Positions 25,977 to 37,017 are shown, numbered from the whole stretch's first letter. The stretch: DNA of 63,284 nucleotides, filler included, from Asterionella formosa (GCA_002256025.1; 16 parts of 16 records of this genome joined end to end with filler, not necessarily neighbours in it), one strand, 5' to 3'. A program made the numbers and translations. Notes: a model not told the origin generated them from the sequence alone.

Positions 25977-26744
25977 ATGATTCGAAAAGCGACAAGACTC
26001 TTGGGAAAGCGAGTGGCTTCCTCAATTTTGGTCCAAGGATACCATCCGTCCACCACGCCAGGAGTAATTCGCTTCTCCAGTTCCGCCAATATCAAAGCGC
26101 AAGACGAGGCCAAAGCCAGGATTGAAGGGATTCGCAAAGAGCTTGAAGCCATTATGGATAAGAAGCAACAGCGGTTCGAACAACAAGGTATTGTCGATGC
26201 AGTAGCTAGATTTTTCTCCAAAAACAAGCAACCATTGTTCAACATGGTGGTTTCCTTTATGGGAGTCATTTTTGCCTTTCAGCTTCTGGGCATGCGCAGA
26301 GGACGCGATCAGTTGGAGGCCAAGTTGGAGATTTCTACCAAGGCCGTTGAGGGCAAAGAAGGGATACTAAAAACAGTGAAAGGTCTAGAGTTTGCACAAA
26401 AAGTGGCGAGGCGAGTCATTGAGGAGACGGATGAGCCCACAGGGTGGTGGGGCAGACAACGATTGTCCGAAGAAGATCAATTGGCCATTACTGCCCGAGT
26501 GGTGCAACAAGAGCTAGAAGCGCTGGTAGGCGATGCTGATTTGTCAGAGGAGAATAAGAAGAAATTGAAGTTGAAGGAATTCCAACGACTCAAGATGCAA
26601 CAACAAGGACTAGAAGAGCAGCAATTGCTGCAGTTGACGCATGGTGTATTGAGTGACAAGCCTGAGGCTCTCATCAAACAAAATATGGAGCAAACTGGAG
26701 AAGATGAAATTACAGTTGTTAAGAAACGTAGGATCATGATGTAG
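25977..26744 (+). CDS. hypothetical single-pass, coiled-coil, probably mitochondrial protein
   Basis: 255-aa ORF with an Arg-rich, acid-free N-terminus ending RFSS, one hydrophobic helix and coiled-coil composition. No family recognised. Confidence 0.75.
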   Translation: MIRKATRLLGKRVASSILVQGYHPSTTPGVIRFSSSANIKAQDEAKARIEGIRKELEAIMDKKQQRFEQQGIVDAVARFFSKNKQPLFNMVVSFMGVIFAFQLLGMRRGRDQLEAKLEISTKAVEGKEGILKTVKGLEFAQKVARRVIEETDEPTGWWGRQRLSEEDQLAITARVVQQELEALVGDADLSEENKKKLKLKEFQRLKMQQQGLEEQQLLQLTHGVLSDKPEALIKQNMEQTGEDEITVVKKRRIMM

Positions 26745-26846
26745 AATTACTATATACTTATTAGACACCGTATGATCATTTGGCGCACTTCAACTCTACA
26801 AGTAGCAGCCTAAAACAACTATCACGACCCGGGTCAACTGCTCCTT

Positions 26847-27777
26847 CTAGTTCACAAGCACCCGAACCATTGGATTTCGCCAGTCATATTCAGCTTCGCT
26901 CAAGGCTCCACCAACACCGAAGAACCCCCTGTGAATATGAACAAATCCTTCTCCGTTTCCAGATTTTACATTACCAGAGTCCGCCGGACAAGCAGGCCCG
27001 GGTATGCTGGTGCAGAGCTCATTGTTCTCTTCAACACCAGCATCTAATCCTGGCAAATCTAAAGTCATTCCAGGAGTCAGCTTCAAGCCGTTGATACTAA
27101 CGAAGCAATCATTGGTGTTTAGTGCCATGGTCGCTATTGTCACCAATGGAAATTCTTCACTTATTGTCACTTTTATAACAGCAGGATCCCGTCCTCCTTC
27201 GAAGGGGGAACCAATTTCGAATCTGGTTGAGGAAAGCACTCCAGGTGCCCCTTTGTAACCCGCCACGAGAGCGGCGGGATTGCCGTCGTGTACGAGGAGG
27301 CTGAGAGCTTCACTTGCTGGTTTTCCACTAGTGAAAAGAGGAGTGGCCTTTTTGTTATGAACAAGAACGAAGAATGATCCAAAGGCTGGTGTAATGGTCA
27401 AATAATAGGCAGAGCGAGTTAAGATGTCAGAAGAATTGAACAGGAATTTTCACTGATACGTTGGAATCAAACTCACGTTGCTGGAAGGCTTGGTTAATGA
27501 CAGTCAAGGTCAATGAGGTTTTTTGCGCATCCAGACCTGTACCACTGTCCACACCAGTGGTATCCTTTGATCCCTTGGATCCGGGAGGGGATTTATGACT
27601 CTTTGATCCCATGGCGTGATGTCCTTCTTTCCGAGCGGCATCAAACTCGAATAAATCTCCATTATACCTGTATGATTTGCCTTTCGACTTCTTTCTCCCG
27701 TTCATTCCTCGTTGAGCCAAGACAGAAGAACTGAAAAACAGAAGAGCCACGAAGAGAATGAATGATGTGCAACACAT
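26847..27777 (-). CDS. secreted Spondin_N-domain protein with KxxK-rich N-terminal segment; exons 27777-27477, 27385-26847
   Basis: Signal peptide, then after splicing LTVINQAFQQPFGSFFVLVH...LFTSGKPAS...ATMALNTNDCF...LDAGVEENNELCTSIPGP...GEGFVHIHRG. 279 aa. Confidence 0.85.
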
Positions 27778-28961
27778 GGTTAAATACACTGGCTAGTTAT
27801 TTTATCGTATAAACTGGAAGCAAATGGATGCATTTTAATGCTATCTCAACGCATCATTAATTCAAAGTCTTGTAGCACTGTAACAGAGACATCCATCTTA
27901 AATGTTTGTATCTTGTCAAGAAATTTGTCTTGTCTACGTCAGTACAGGCAGAGGGTTAAATTGAACGAGATTGCCGAAATACTATATTTATACTTTATTT
28001 ATCTTCAAAATATTCTGTTTTAGGCATATATATCGCATTTATCTTCGCGCAAGGACAAATCGAGCGTGCTGCTAGTCTCATACTTAGATAACTGTACGAT
28101 AGTCATTCAGAAAGTTCATTTTGAGTCCTGCTAATACATGATGTGTGTAATATATGGCTTCAGGTACGTTGAGTTGTACTGATTTACCTAGGTTGCATAA
28201 ATATCTCGTTGGTGAACAGTCTACCGGTAAGCATAAATTTCAAATGCATGCAATGTTGTCATCCTCGCTTCGTGTATAGGAGCAGCAGGTGCGCGACCGG
28301 AATTTTATCCTCGCTCCAGGATGCATCAGCATTGTTATACAGCCATATAAAGCTGTCCAGTCTTTTCTTTTTCTATATGTCGTAGAGGTGTGACGCTCTC
28401 TTTGCTTTGCTAAATAAAAAGGCGCACTTAGTAGAAGGCGATGGTAGCTATACACACCTTCGGGAATTGCGGTTTTAAAAAATCTATCTATGTATAAGGA
28501 AAACAAAGCTAAATTTTTCATTTACAACAACTTCCCTCGTTGCAGAAGGTGTGGCACTGGTGATGAGATAGCTGCGCAATAGCCTTGGAATATGGTCTAC
28601 GTTAATTATTCCTTGTGATGAACAAATCAAAATGCAAAATGGTTGAGAAGAATGGCGAATTGACAAAGACGAAAGATACAGCCATATATAGGCATGAGGT
28701 TATCGGTAGTGAAGGTGGGGCCATGATTGGAATTTTGTCATATTATAAAACGATATGGACCATTTGCTTAAAAAGAAACCTATTTTTGGGCTGGACACAA
28801 TTTTTTCGGATCAGGATCTTGATACCTGGTGGGTTTTGTTCATTCGCATCACAAAGCCCTATAGAAATTCCAGAGGTCGTACGATTAAGCTTCCTTATCG
28901 AGTTTTTCGGGAAAAAGTTGGCCTACCAACCTTTCAATAAAGTTGTCCAACGCTCGTATAA

Positions 28962-29391
28962 TCATCGCATGATGCTCTTTGGATACTGATCGAACAAAAA
29001 TTTCTTCGTTATCACTCCAACGACTTCATATTCCGTATTGTTGTCTTGCTTGTGTTTCTTCATTATTGCGAATGGCTGCTTCAGTACTTCAACGTTTCCT
29101 TTCATTTCGTGGCTTCCTACTGTCATGACTGGTTTGCCCTGTGTTGGGATGGCTGGATGTTAAAAGAAAATAAACGCATGACATTCAGGGGAGAAGAAAC
29201 CCGACCAGAATGCTTACATCAACAGTAAAATGGAGTGATCCAAGTTCGACTTGATTCGCTTCCAATAAAGACATCTCGTCGTTTCCTTTTCCAAGCTCCG
29301 CTGGTGGCAAGAGTTCACCATTCAGCTCCAGCATGGCCCACTCGGGTGGATTTGACGAATGCTCTGATTGTTCAATGATGGGAATTATCAT
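28962..29391 (-). CDS. CTF8: chromosome transmission fidelity protein 8 (Ctf18-RFC subunit); exons 29391-29218, 29138-28962
   Basis: EWAMLELNGEL...LGSL / PVMTVGSHEMKGNVEVLKQPFAIM...YEVVGVITKKFLFDQYPK. GT-AG intron 29217-29139; 116 aa. Exon 2 is absent from the ORF track. Confidence 0.9.
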
Positions 29392-29996
29392 TTTACGTCT
29401 TGGCGCAGAGAAAGAAGGACGAATGAAGGACCTGAATGCCAACGACGAATAAAACAAATATTGGAATGAACTGCATCCGACTGTGATGCCTGTGAAAATA
29501 CATCGAGAGAGGCAAGCATCACTCCCAGGTACCAGGTACCCCTGGTACCAGTTGCCACCTGTACATATATTCACTGATCCTGTGTCATAAGCATGTAAAA
29601 TATGCATATGTAGTATGTCGAAATGCTTCGTCAAGACGAGCACTCCGGCCCTGCCTTACCGGTAGTGGTAGTACGAGGCGGTAGTGGATACGTTTGGCGC
29701 GACAGTGGGGATCGACACCTTCGACTACTACCATACTTCCTCTCAAAGTCATTACCGGTACCAGGTAGGAGCTACCTGGTACCTGGTACCAGGAACCAGG
29801 AACTATGTAGGTAACTGAGCGTGAATTGTACATTTCTGCCTGCCACACAGTCGTTGTGAATAGTACTGGTACCAGGTAGGAGTACCGTGTCCCTGCAAGT
29901 TGCGGTAATTTTGCTGAAACTAAAGATTTAGCTACCTTTATCCCAGATTACAATGTTAGTTTAAGCAAAATGACAGCAATTTGCAGGTACCAGGTA

Positions 29997-30260
29997 CCAC
30001 CTAAAAACTGAGAGTCAAGCAATGTTTGAAGATTTTGAAAACACGGTTTGGGGTTAAAAAATCTTCCTGTAGACAGTAAAAAATATGTACTGAGAATCAA
30101 CATTTTGAGTCAAAATGAGCGAGTAAAATTAAATTGCTTAGATCTTCCATGAATATATGTTCTACTTTAGAACTGATTAAATGATAGTTATCCCATTTCT
30201 ATCGTCTACAATAAAGTTTGTACTTGGTTCGTGAAACTTTGACTCTCAGTTCTTAGGTGG
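29997..30260. mobile_element. MITE (264 bp), Tc1/mariner-type TA target duplication
   Basis: 22-bp TIR ccacctaa(a/g)aactgagagtcaa with 1 mismatch, TA on both sides. The reconstructed empty site is the palindrome taccaggTAcctggta. Confidence 0.85.
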
Positions 30261-30437
30261 TACCTGGTAGTTCCATCAGAGCCCCTCAAGCAACGGGGTC
30301 CAATCTATTGGCTTGAAACTGTAGATCAGAAGTTAATAACAAGAAATGCATGAACACGAACTCAGTATAAAAGTTAGAGTGGTCCATGGTTATCTATTTT
30401 GAGTTCTCCAAAAAGTACTGTCAATACGTTTTTGATC

Positions 30438-30804
30438 TGACAAAATATTGAATCGTGGATTCTATTTTATGTGATTCAATCAATTTGATCAAGTAGTAAA
30501 TATGATTATATTTGAACGAACGATGGCACATAATTCAACAGAATGAATCTTGAGTTTGACTTGGGATGTCAATTCACTTATTGTAAAGTGTGAGCAACCA
30601 AGACATCAGAGTAATCATAGTGGGGAAACAGATCATGTTTGGGAATGAAGAGTTGTTGCAATGGACAATAATCTGAGAAAGTTCATCTTTGGAGTTTGTT
30701 TTAGCTCATAACAAGTAAAGTGTGAACTCTGTTTTTAATTTTAGTTTTGTAGTCTTAAAACATAAGACAAGTTAAGTTAAAGACAAGTTAAGTTATCATC
30801 TACA
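30438..30804 (+). repeat. possible decayed solo LTR
   Basis: Begins tgacaaaat and ends tctaca, like the putative LTR following the PPT at 49847-50284. Shares short words (aacagatcat, agctca.aa). No TSD seen. Confidence 0.3.
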
Positions 30805-31065
30805 CTAGCAATGCGATTAGTTGGATGAGCAAGCTTGCAGCTATTAACGTAAACTAGATACTTTAACTGTGATCAACAAATCATTACATACTGAGACCTG
30901 GTAATTTCTAGGATTACAAGGACAAAAAATGGAGAAAATTGAGGTGGTCGAAGTCTGGATGCCAAATATCATTCCAGTTCCGAAAATAGCCAAGCGAAAC
31001 AAAATATCAGTGCGAGCAAAACCATTGTTTCTCATCTTCAAGGGGTTTCAAATTAATTTTCTAGA

Positions 31066-32103
31066 TCATACTCCATCATCCGCGACTATGCACTGAAGCA
31101 AGTTCGCTCGCTTTCGTTCTTCCTCTCGCCACTGCGCTCCAAGTTTTCGAGTCCTCTCTCTGTTCAAAATAGCCTCCCAGTCTGGATCGAAGTCTTTCGC
31201 CGGTAGATGCTCCTTAGCCATTTGCAATATTGCCAATAGTCCGAGATGGAGAACTGGAGTTTTCTTGTTTACACCTCCTGTCACATCCACGACCATATGT
31301 ATCAATAACACATTACTGGCATAAATACGAGCGCATTCCTCAGATTTTTCAGCCATGTTTATTAAAGTCGACGCTGCTCGAAAGCAAGCTTCGCGAAATG
31401 GGTGCGATGCATCAGGTAGATTTGTTGTTGGTTTTGAGCTTCCTTCCACAAGCCGCCAAATTAGCAAATCTGAAACCCTGTGTTGATGTAGCTCAACAGT
31501 ATTTTCCCTGGCTGAGTGCGTGACGTTTCTCATTGCTCCAATTATTGAGGTAATTAGTCTTAGTTGGATGGTATCGATTTCTTCCCACTGCACCCCGTCA
31601 TAGCGCCTCAAATAGTCGGCCAAAAGCTTCATGCCTCCTATTTGTCTCGTTCGCGCTCTGATTTCCGCATTTCCGCACCCCAAATCTCGAATAGCGCCCC
31701 ATGATACCCTTGCAAGTTGAATGATATCTCCGAATGATGAGCCAGACTCGGCGTTCTGTTTTGGCTCCGGAAGATCAGACAAAATCTCATTGAGAGTGGC
31801 AATCAACGCCTCGATTGCTCCGGCTTCTAGAAGTTCATATCCTCGCCTACCCCGGCATAATGCCATGGAGCCCATGTAAGATTCGACAAGACGAGTTCTC
31901 AGCTTGTAGTCTTGCCCTTGAGACCAATTCGGATCGCGATTATTCAATCGTTGCATGATCTCGTTTAAATCCGTGGAGTGAAAGGAAACGGCGGGAGCCG
32001 CTTCGATAGTCGCTTCGTCATCGTTGAAGGCATCCAAGTTGGCGAATCCACCGAACCAATCGTCCTCTTGTTGATGCTCCCCAGATGAATCAATGACTTT
32101 CAT
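31066..32103 (-). CDS. hypothetical armadillo/ARM-like repeat protein
   Basis: Long ORF with ARM-like helices (GAIRDLG, GAMRNVT, STLINMA). First ATG at 32103. Confidence 0.75.
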   Translation of the reverse strand: MKVIDSSGEHQQEDDWFGGFANLDAFNDDEATIEAAPAVSFHSTDLNEIMQRLNNRDPNWSQGQDYKLRTRLVESYMGSMALCRGRRGYELLEAGAIEALIATLNEILSDLPEPKQNAESGSSFGDIIQLARVSWGAIRDLGCGNAEIRARTRQIGGMKLLADYLRRYDGVQWEEIDTIQLRLITSIIGAMRNVTHSARENTVELHQHRVSDLLIWRLVEGSSKPTTNLPDASHPFREACFRAASTLINMAEKSEECARIYASNVLLIHMVVDVTGGVNKKTPVLHLGLLAILQMAKEHLPAKDFDPDWEAILNRERTRKLGAQWREEERKRANLLQCIVADDGV

Positions 32104-32166
32104 ATTGGCATGATATGCTCTTGAAGTCTGCACGGCTGGTATGTATCCCTACTTTGTTGCAGGGCT

Positions 32167-32595
32167 AGTACCAGGTACTCCACCCGCCCTGTTAGACTAC
32201 CGGTACATTGAGCTCTCAGTTGGTCGTGAGGAAATACCGGTAAATGGTGTGACTACATTATTGCTATTACAGTTATCCGGTATATATGAACGCAGCGAGT
32301 ATTTCGGTAGATCTAGGGGATTATACCGTACTGATGTTCCAGGTATATACCGCATACATGTTACCAGGTACCAGGTACCTGGTACCTGGTAGCTGGTAGC
32401 TGGTACTCCATAGCACGTAGCACCTGGTACCTGGTACCCTGGTACCAGGTGCGGCCACAGTGGTAGATCAATCATCTAACATAAGCACTGCTACATACCC
32501 AGTATACATACCGGTATCTCATGGAGGTATCGAACAACAAAGAATCATCACAGCAACTATCTACTACCGGTACCAGGTACCTGGTACCTGGTGCC
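32167..32595. promoter_or_regulatory. dense TACC(A/T)GG palindrome cluster in the divergent promoter of the ARM gene and NBP35
   Basis: Includes the perfect 30-bp palindrome taccaggtaccaggtacctggtacctggta (32362-32391) and many further units. Confidence 0.55.
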
Positions 32596-32744
32596 GGGGT
32601 ATATACGTTGGTGATGATTGTCAGGAGCCTTTCACAAAATGATGAAAGAAGGCGACCACAATTACCGGTAGGGCATTTTAGTTTTCATATACCAATATAC
32701 TGTCACCTTGCAATTCTGTTCGTTTTGGGGTACCCATTAAAGAT

Positions 32745-33836
32745 ATGACGACAGACACTCCATCGAACGCCAACGAAGGCTGTGTTGGGCCGACATCACA
32801 AGAGGCAGGCAAATCCAGTGCCTGCGATGGCTGTCCGAATCAATCTGCTTGTGCCACTGGGAAATTCAGCTCGCCAGAGGCCATGGAAAAGGAAAGCCAA
32901 GAAACGGCAGCCTTGCAGCGAGCCTTTAGCAATGTTACCCACGTGGTTTTGATTCTATCTGGAAAGGGAGGGGTTGGAAAGTCTACAATGGCATCACAAA
33001 TATCGCACACATTGGCAGCAAGAGGATATGCAGTTGGACTACTCGATGTCGATCTATGTGGGCCGTCTGCACCACGAATGGTAGGTGTTGTCAAAGGTCA
33101 AGTGCATCGATCGGGATCTGGTGCTTGGACACCAGTTTATGCAACTCCGAACCTGGCTGTGATGAGCATTTCATTTTTGTTGCAAGACAGTGATGCAGCT
33201 GTGGTCTGGAGAGGCCCCCGGAAGAATGCTCTCATACAGCAGTTCCTCACCGAGACAGACTGGGATGGCGATACAGGAGGCCTCGACTATTTGATTATCG
33301 ATACACCACCGGGAACTTCGGATGAGCACATTTCGACTGTTCAGTTCTTGCAGAAAGCACAAGCTGTGAGCGGAGCAGTTGTCATTACCACTCCTGAAGA
33401 AGTCAGCATGGCGGACGTTCGGAAGGAACTCAACTTTTGTCAAAAAACGAAAGTGCCAGTGCTTGGTGTAGTTGAGAATATGAGTACATACGACTGTAGC
33501 GTTCGAGATATGGCATTTCTGAAAAAAGACGGAACCGTCGTAACTGAGAGCGTCATGGCGACGCTCAAGGAAAGGTGTCCTGAAGTATTGGACCTTTTGG
33601 CATCCTCTACAATCTTTGCGAAGTCGGGAGCCGGTCCAAAAGGCATGGCTGAACAATATGGAGTGCCTTATTGGGGAACTCTTCCGCTTGATCCTAAGCT
33701 ACTGGCATGCTGCGAAGAAGGACAGTGTTTTGTTGAGAACCATTCAGATAGTTTAGCTGGTAAAGCTCTCAATGGGTTTGTCGATAAACTAGTTGCTGCA
33801 CTGCCAGTTGAAGAGGCTGACATGGAAAAAGGTTAG
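32745..33836 (+). CDS. NBP35: cytosolic Fe-S cluster assembly scaffold Nbp35 (NUBP1)
   Basis: N-terminal C-x13-C-x2-C-x5-C, deviant Walker A SGKGGVGKST, DVDLCGPS, VWRGPRK and DTPPGTSDEH. Confidence 0.95.
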   Translation: MTTDTPSNANEGCVGPTSQEAGKSSACDGCPNQSACATGKFSSPEAMEKESQETAALQRAFSNVTHVVLILSGKGGVGKSTMASQISHTLAARGYAVGLLDVDLCGPSAPRMVGVVKGQVHRSGSGAWTPVYATPNLAVMSISFLLQDSDAAVVWRGPRKNALIQQFLTETDWDGDTGGLDYLIIDTPPGTSDEHISTVQFLQKAQAVSGAVVITTPEEVSMADVRKELNFCQKTKVPVLGVVENMSTYDCSVRDMAFLKKDGTVVTESVMATLKERCPEVLDLLASSTIFAKSGAGPKGMAEQYGVPYWGTLPLDPKLLACCEEGQCFVENHSDSLAGKALNGFVDKLVAALPVEEADMEKG

Positions 33837-34067
33837 TCAAATAAGTTATACAGTATAGATATACCGGTAGGTCTAATGAAAAATTGCATAATAGAGGCCT
33901 TTATTACTTTTTGTCATCTGCATTGGACCTCCATTTTAGCACACATCTTATGAAAAGAATTGACTTTTCCTGTACTTTGGGGTAGCATATAAATATTTCG
34001 CAATTGTTTGATCATGTTTTAAGTAAGAAGAGAAGAAATATTAACTCATTAGCTGATGTGGGCCCGT

Positions 34068-35845
34068 TTATTCATCTTGGTTGCCATCATACGCGCCAGA
34101 TCCCCCACTTTGTCCCTTCGGTTGTGCCTCGTTGACCTGAACAAAGCGTCCATCAAGCTCAACTCCATCCATTTCACTTTGAGCAACTGCAGCATCTTCA
34201 GCTTTCATGGTCACAAACCCAAAACCACGGGATCCTCCGGTTTCAGCATCAGTGGGCAAAAAGCAGTCAATAACTTCTCCATATTCAGCAAATGCAGCCT
34301 TGACAGTCTCTGCAGGAGTATAAAAGGATAGATTTCCGATATACAATTTGGTATTTTGAGAACGTGGAGCCTTAGGAGTTCCCTTAGGTTGGGCTTCTTT
34401 GATGGTAATGTATCGACCATCTACTTCAACACCATCAAGTTCAGCAATAGTATTCATTGCAGAGTCTGGATCCATGGTAACAATGGCAAATCCTCTGTAT
34501 CCCCCTTCTGTAGATCTTGGCATGTAAAGCTCATCAACAGTACCAAACTCTTCCAGCATGTTCTGAACAGTACTCTTTTCAGTATCAAAAGAAAGGTTGC
34601 CGATGTAAAGCTTTGTCTTTGCAGTCTTTTTCTCGGCCTTGCTGACTCGAATCAAACGACCATCAACCTCGGTGTCATCAAGAGCAGCGATAGCCTTCTC
34701 AGCATCTTCAGGCGCCATCTGAGCAAAGGCAAAACCCTTGGATTGTCCATTGGTTTGATCCTCATTAATAAATACATCCATGACTTCTCCATGTTGAGAC
34801 AAAAGATCCTTCAAAGTTTCTAGTTTTGTTTCAAAGCTGAGGTTTCCAATGTAAACGCGAGTCATACCTTCCCCTGATAGAAAAAGGATGAGATCAGTCT
34901 TTATATGTTAGTATTTACCAGCAAACATTTCCCAAAACATTCCATCTACTCACTCTTTGGTTTAACCTCTGATTTCTCTCCCTTCTTGAGCGGCTTTCTG
35001 ACCGCAAGTCTCCGTCCCTGAAAGAACTTTCCATCAAGGCTTTCAATCGCCTTAATCATATCAGCTTCGTTCGCAAACGAAACAAAACCAAAGCCTCTGT
35101 CCTTTCCAGTGTCACTCTCCTTAGCAAGGTATACTTCAGTGACCGAGGATTGCTCAGCGAAGAACTCCTTGACAGCATCTTCGGTAACTCCAAAGGGGAG
35201 GTTGCCAATGTACGCCTTATTTTCGTTTTTCTCTTGAACGGGACGCTCAACATCTTGCCGTTCTGGGACTTTTTCTTTGGGAAGCATTGGAGAAACAGAG
35301 ATGCTTCGGCCGTTAAATACTTGCCCATCCATGGATGCAATAGCCTTATCAACTTGCTCCTTGCTTCCCATGTCAATGAAGGCAAAGCCTTTAGCATCGC
35401 CAGAGGCCTTGTTTCTAGGGAGGGCAATCTGACCAACACTACCAAAGGCGCTGAAAGCGTTGCTTAGATCATCTTCGGTAATAGCTGTAATTAGAAAAGT
35501 TCAAAGAATGAATAAAGTTGATGAGCACGGCTTCCTGGTATGCAAACAAGGCGCAAACAAAAATGGCGTTGTCCGCATGCGACGCGTAATGCCGAAACCG
35601 TTTCACTCACTGTAGGGAAGATTCCTAACATAAAGAGCAAATCGTTCCGGTTCCACAACCGGGGCAGCAGTCACGACAACATCTGGGGCAGCAATGTCTT
35701 GGACTTCTCCAACTTCACTGAATCTGACATTGACTGTTTGTTTCACCCCGAAAGCTGAGATGGCCTTGCTGGGAGCAACAAAGGCTCCAGTCAACTTGAC
35801 AGAGGCTGCCAACACCAGCAGAAGCACGTTCTTTGTATAGTTCAT
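34068..35845 (-). CDS. plastid-targeted RNA-binding protein with five RRMs; exons 35845-35611, 35484-34954, 34873-34068
   Basis: Signal peptide plus TGA|FVAP. Five RNP2/RNP1 pairs (LYVRNL/KGFAFI, AYIGNL/RGFGFV, VYIGNL/KGFAFA, LYIGNL/RGFAIV, LYIGNL/RGFGFV). Two phase-1 GT-AG introns; 523 aa. Confidence 0.9.
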
Positions 35846-35974
35846 TACTTGAGTTTTCCGTTGATGTTCAAACAATAACTAACACATAAAGAATTGGATT
35901 CGATACGTTGTTAGATGTTAGTTGGTTGATGAGTGGTAATGATGTAGCGAACAAGCAAGCAAAACCCTGCTTAC

Positions 35975-36380
35975 TTACCGGTACTTTTCTTCTATTGGGA
36001 CCCTGGTGCCAGTAATATGACCTGGTGCGTACATGGTACCAGGTACCAGCACCTGGTACAATCAACTCAGCTCCTCACCTTCAGAATCGAAGTATGTACC
36101 CGTACATCAGCCACCTGGAAGCAAAGTTGATGATTGGTCTAGACGTCAACGCAACGTAATGCATACGTACGGGCACCGTACATGCTATAGTATATCAGCA
36201 CAACCTGGCACCAGGTACCACCTGGTACCAGGTACCTGGTACCACCGACCGGTATGGCCTTGGTCGCCTGACCGCTGGTGGGACGTATGGCGATTTCGCA
36301 ATGATGCATGGATAACCACTCAAAGTTGTGTGCGTCAGGAGTCCGCTGCGGTACCCGTGTGTGGTACCTGGTACCTGGTA
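35975..36380. promoter_or_regulatory. TACC(A/T)GG palindrome cluster upstream of the RRM gene
   Basis: ggtaccaggtacc, cctggtaccaggtacctggtacc and ggtacctggtacctggtac lie between the RRM ATG and tRNA-Pro. Confidence 0.5.
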
Positions 36381-36628
36381 CTGTTAACGATACAGTACAT
36401 ACGACAGGTAGACTGCCTCTTATTTGAGGACTCTTTTGTTCTTATGTAGCTGTATAATTACCAGTGGTACTTGTACGGTTTATTTTGCTACATACAGGTT
36501 TTACATATGTATGATTATGAGTAGATACTGGTATGTCAGTATTCTTACGGTGTGCAATCAGTCAAGAACAGAAGTTCAGTATAATAGTATTTTTATATTA
36601 ACTTTGTGAGCACGGTGATATCAAGCAA

Positions 36629-36700
36629 GTCCGCTTGGTCTAGGGGTATGATTCGTCTTTAGGGTGGACGAGGTCCGGGGTTCGATTCCCCGAGCGGACC
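36629..36700 (+). tRNA. tRNA-Pro(AGG)
   Basis: Acceptor gtccgct/agcggac, D arm, anticodon stem cgtct/ggacg with loop TT-AGG-GT, T arm cgggg-ttcgatt-ccccg. TTTT terminator downstream. Confidence 0.95.
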
Positions 36701-37017
36701 CAACTTTTGGTTCTTTTTGGAACGAGGATCCATCTTTTTCCTCTTTTTAGAACGAGCAAAGCAAAATAGGGTTCGGTACATGTATATATTATTGATTACA
36801 CCGGTTTATTGTGTTTGCTTCGCCTGGAATACACCTGGTACTACCAGGCATAGGTTGGTGTTTTATACTGCAGTTAGTAACTGCGAGCAATTATTTGGCA
36901 TCCAGCAGTATATCAGTTATACTTATACTCTGACGTTAAGCAGTATACCGGTAGTATTGGGGAGTCCCGCCAGTTATTATTACAGTTACTTTATTCCAAT
37001 CCAACAGTACCCATATA

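Noticed and set aside
32141..32748. Short ORFs rich in YQVPGTWY/VPGT (also 29585-29848, 36033-36449, 52818-53012)
   Set aside because: Translation artefacts of the TACC(A/T)GG palindromes, not a peptide family.
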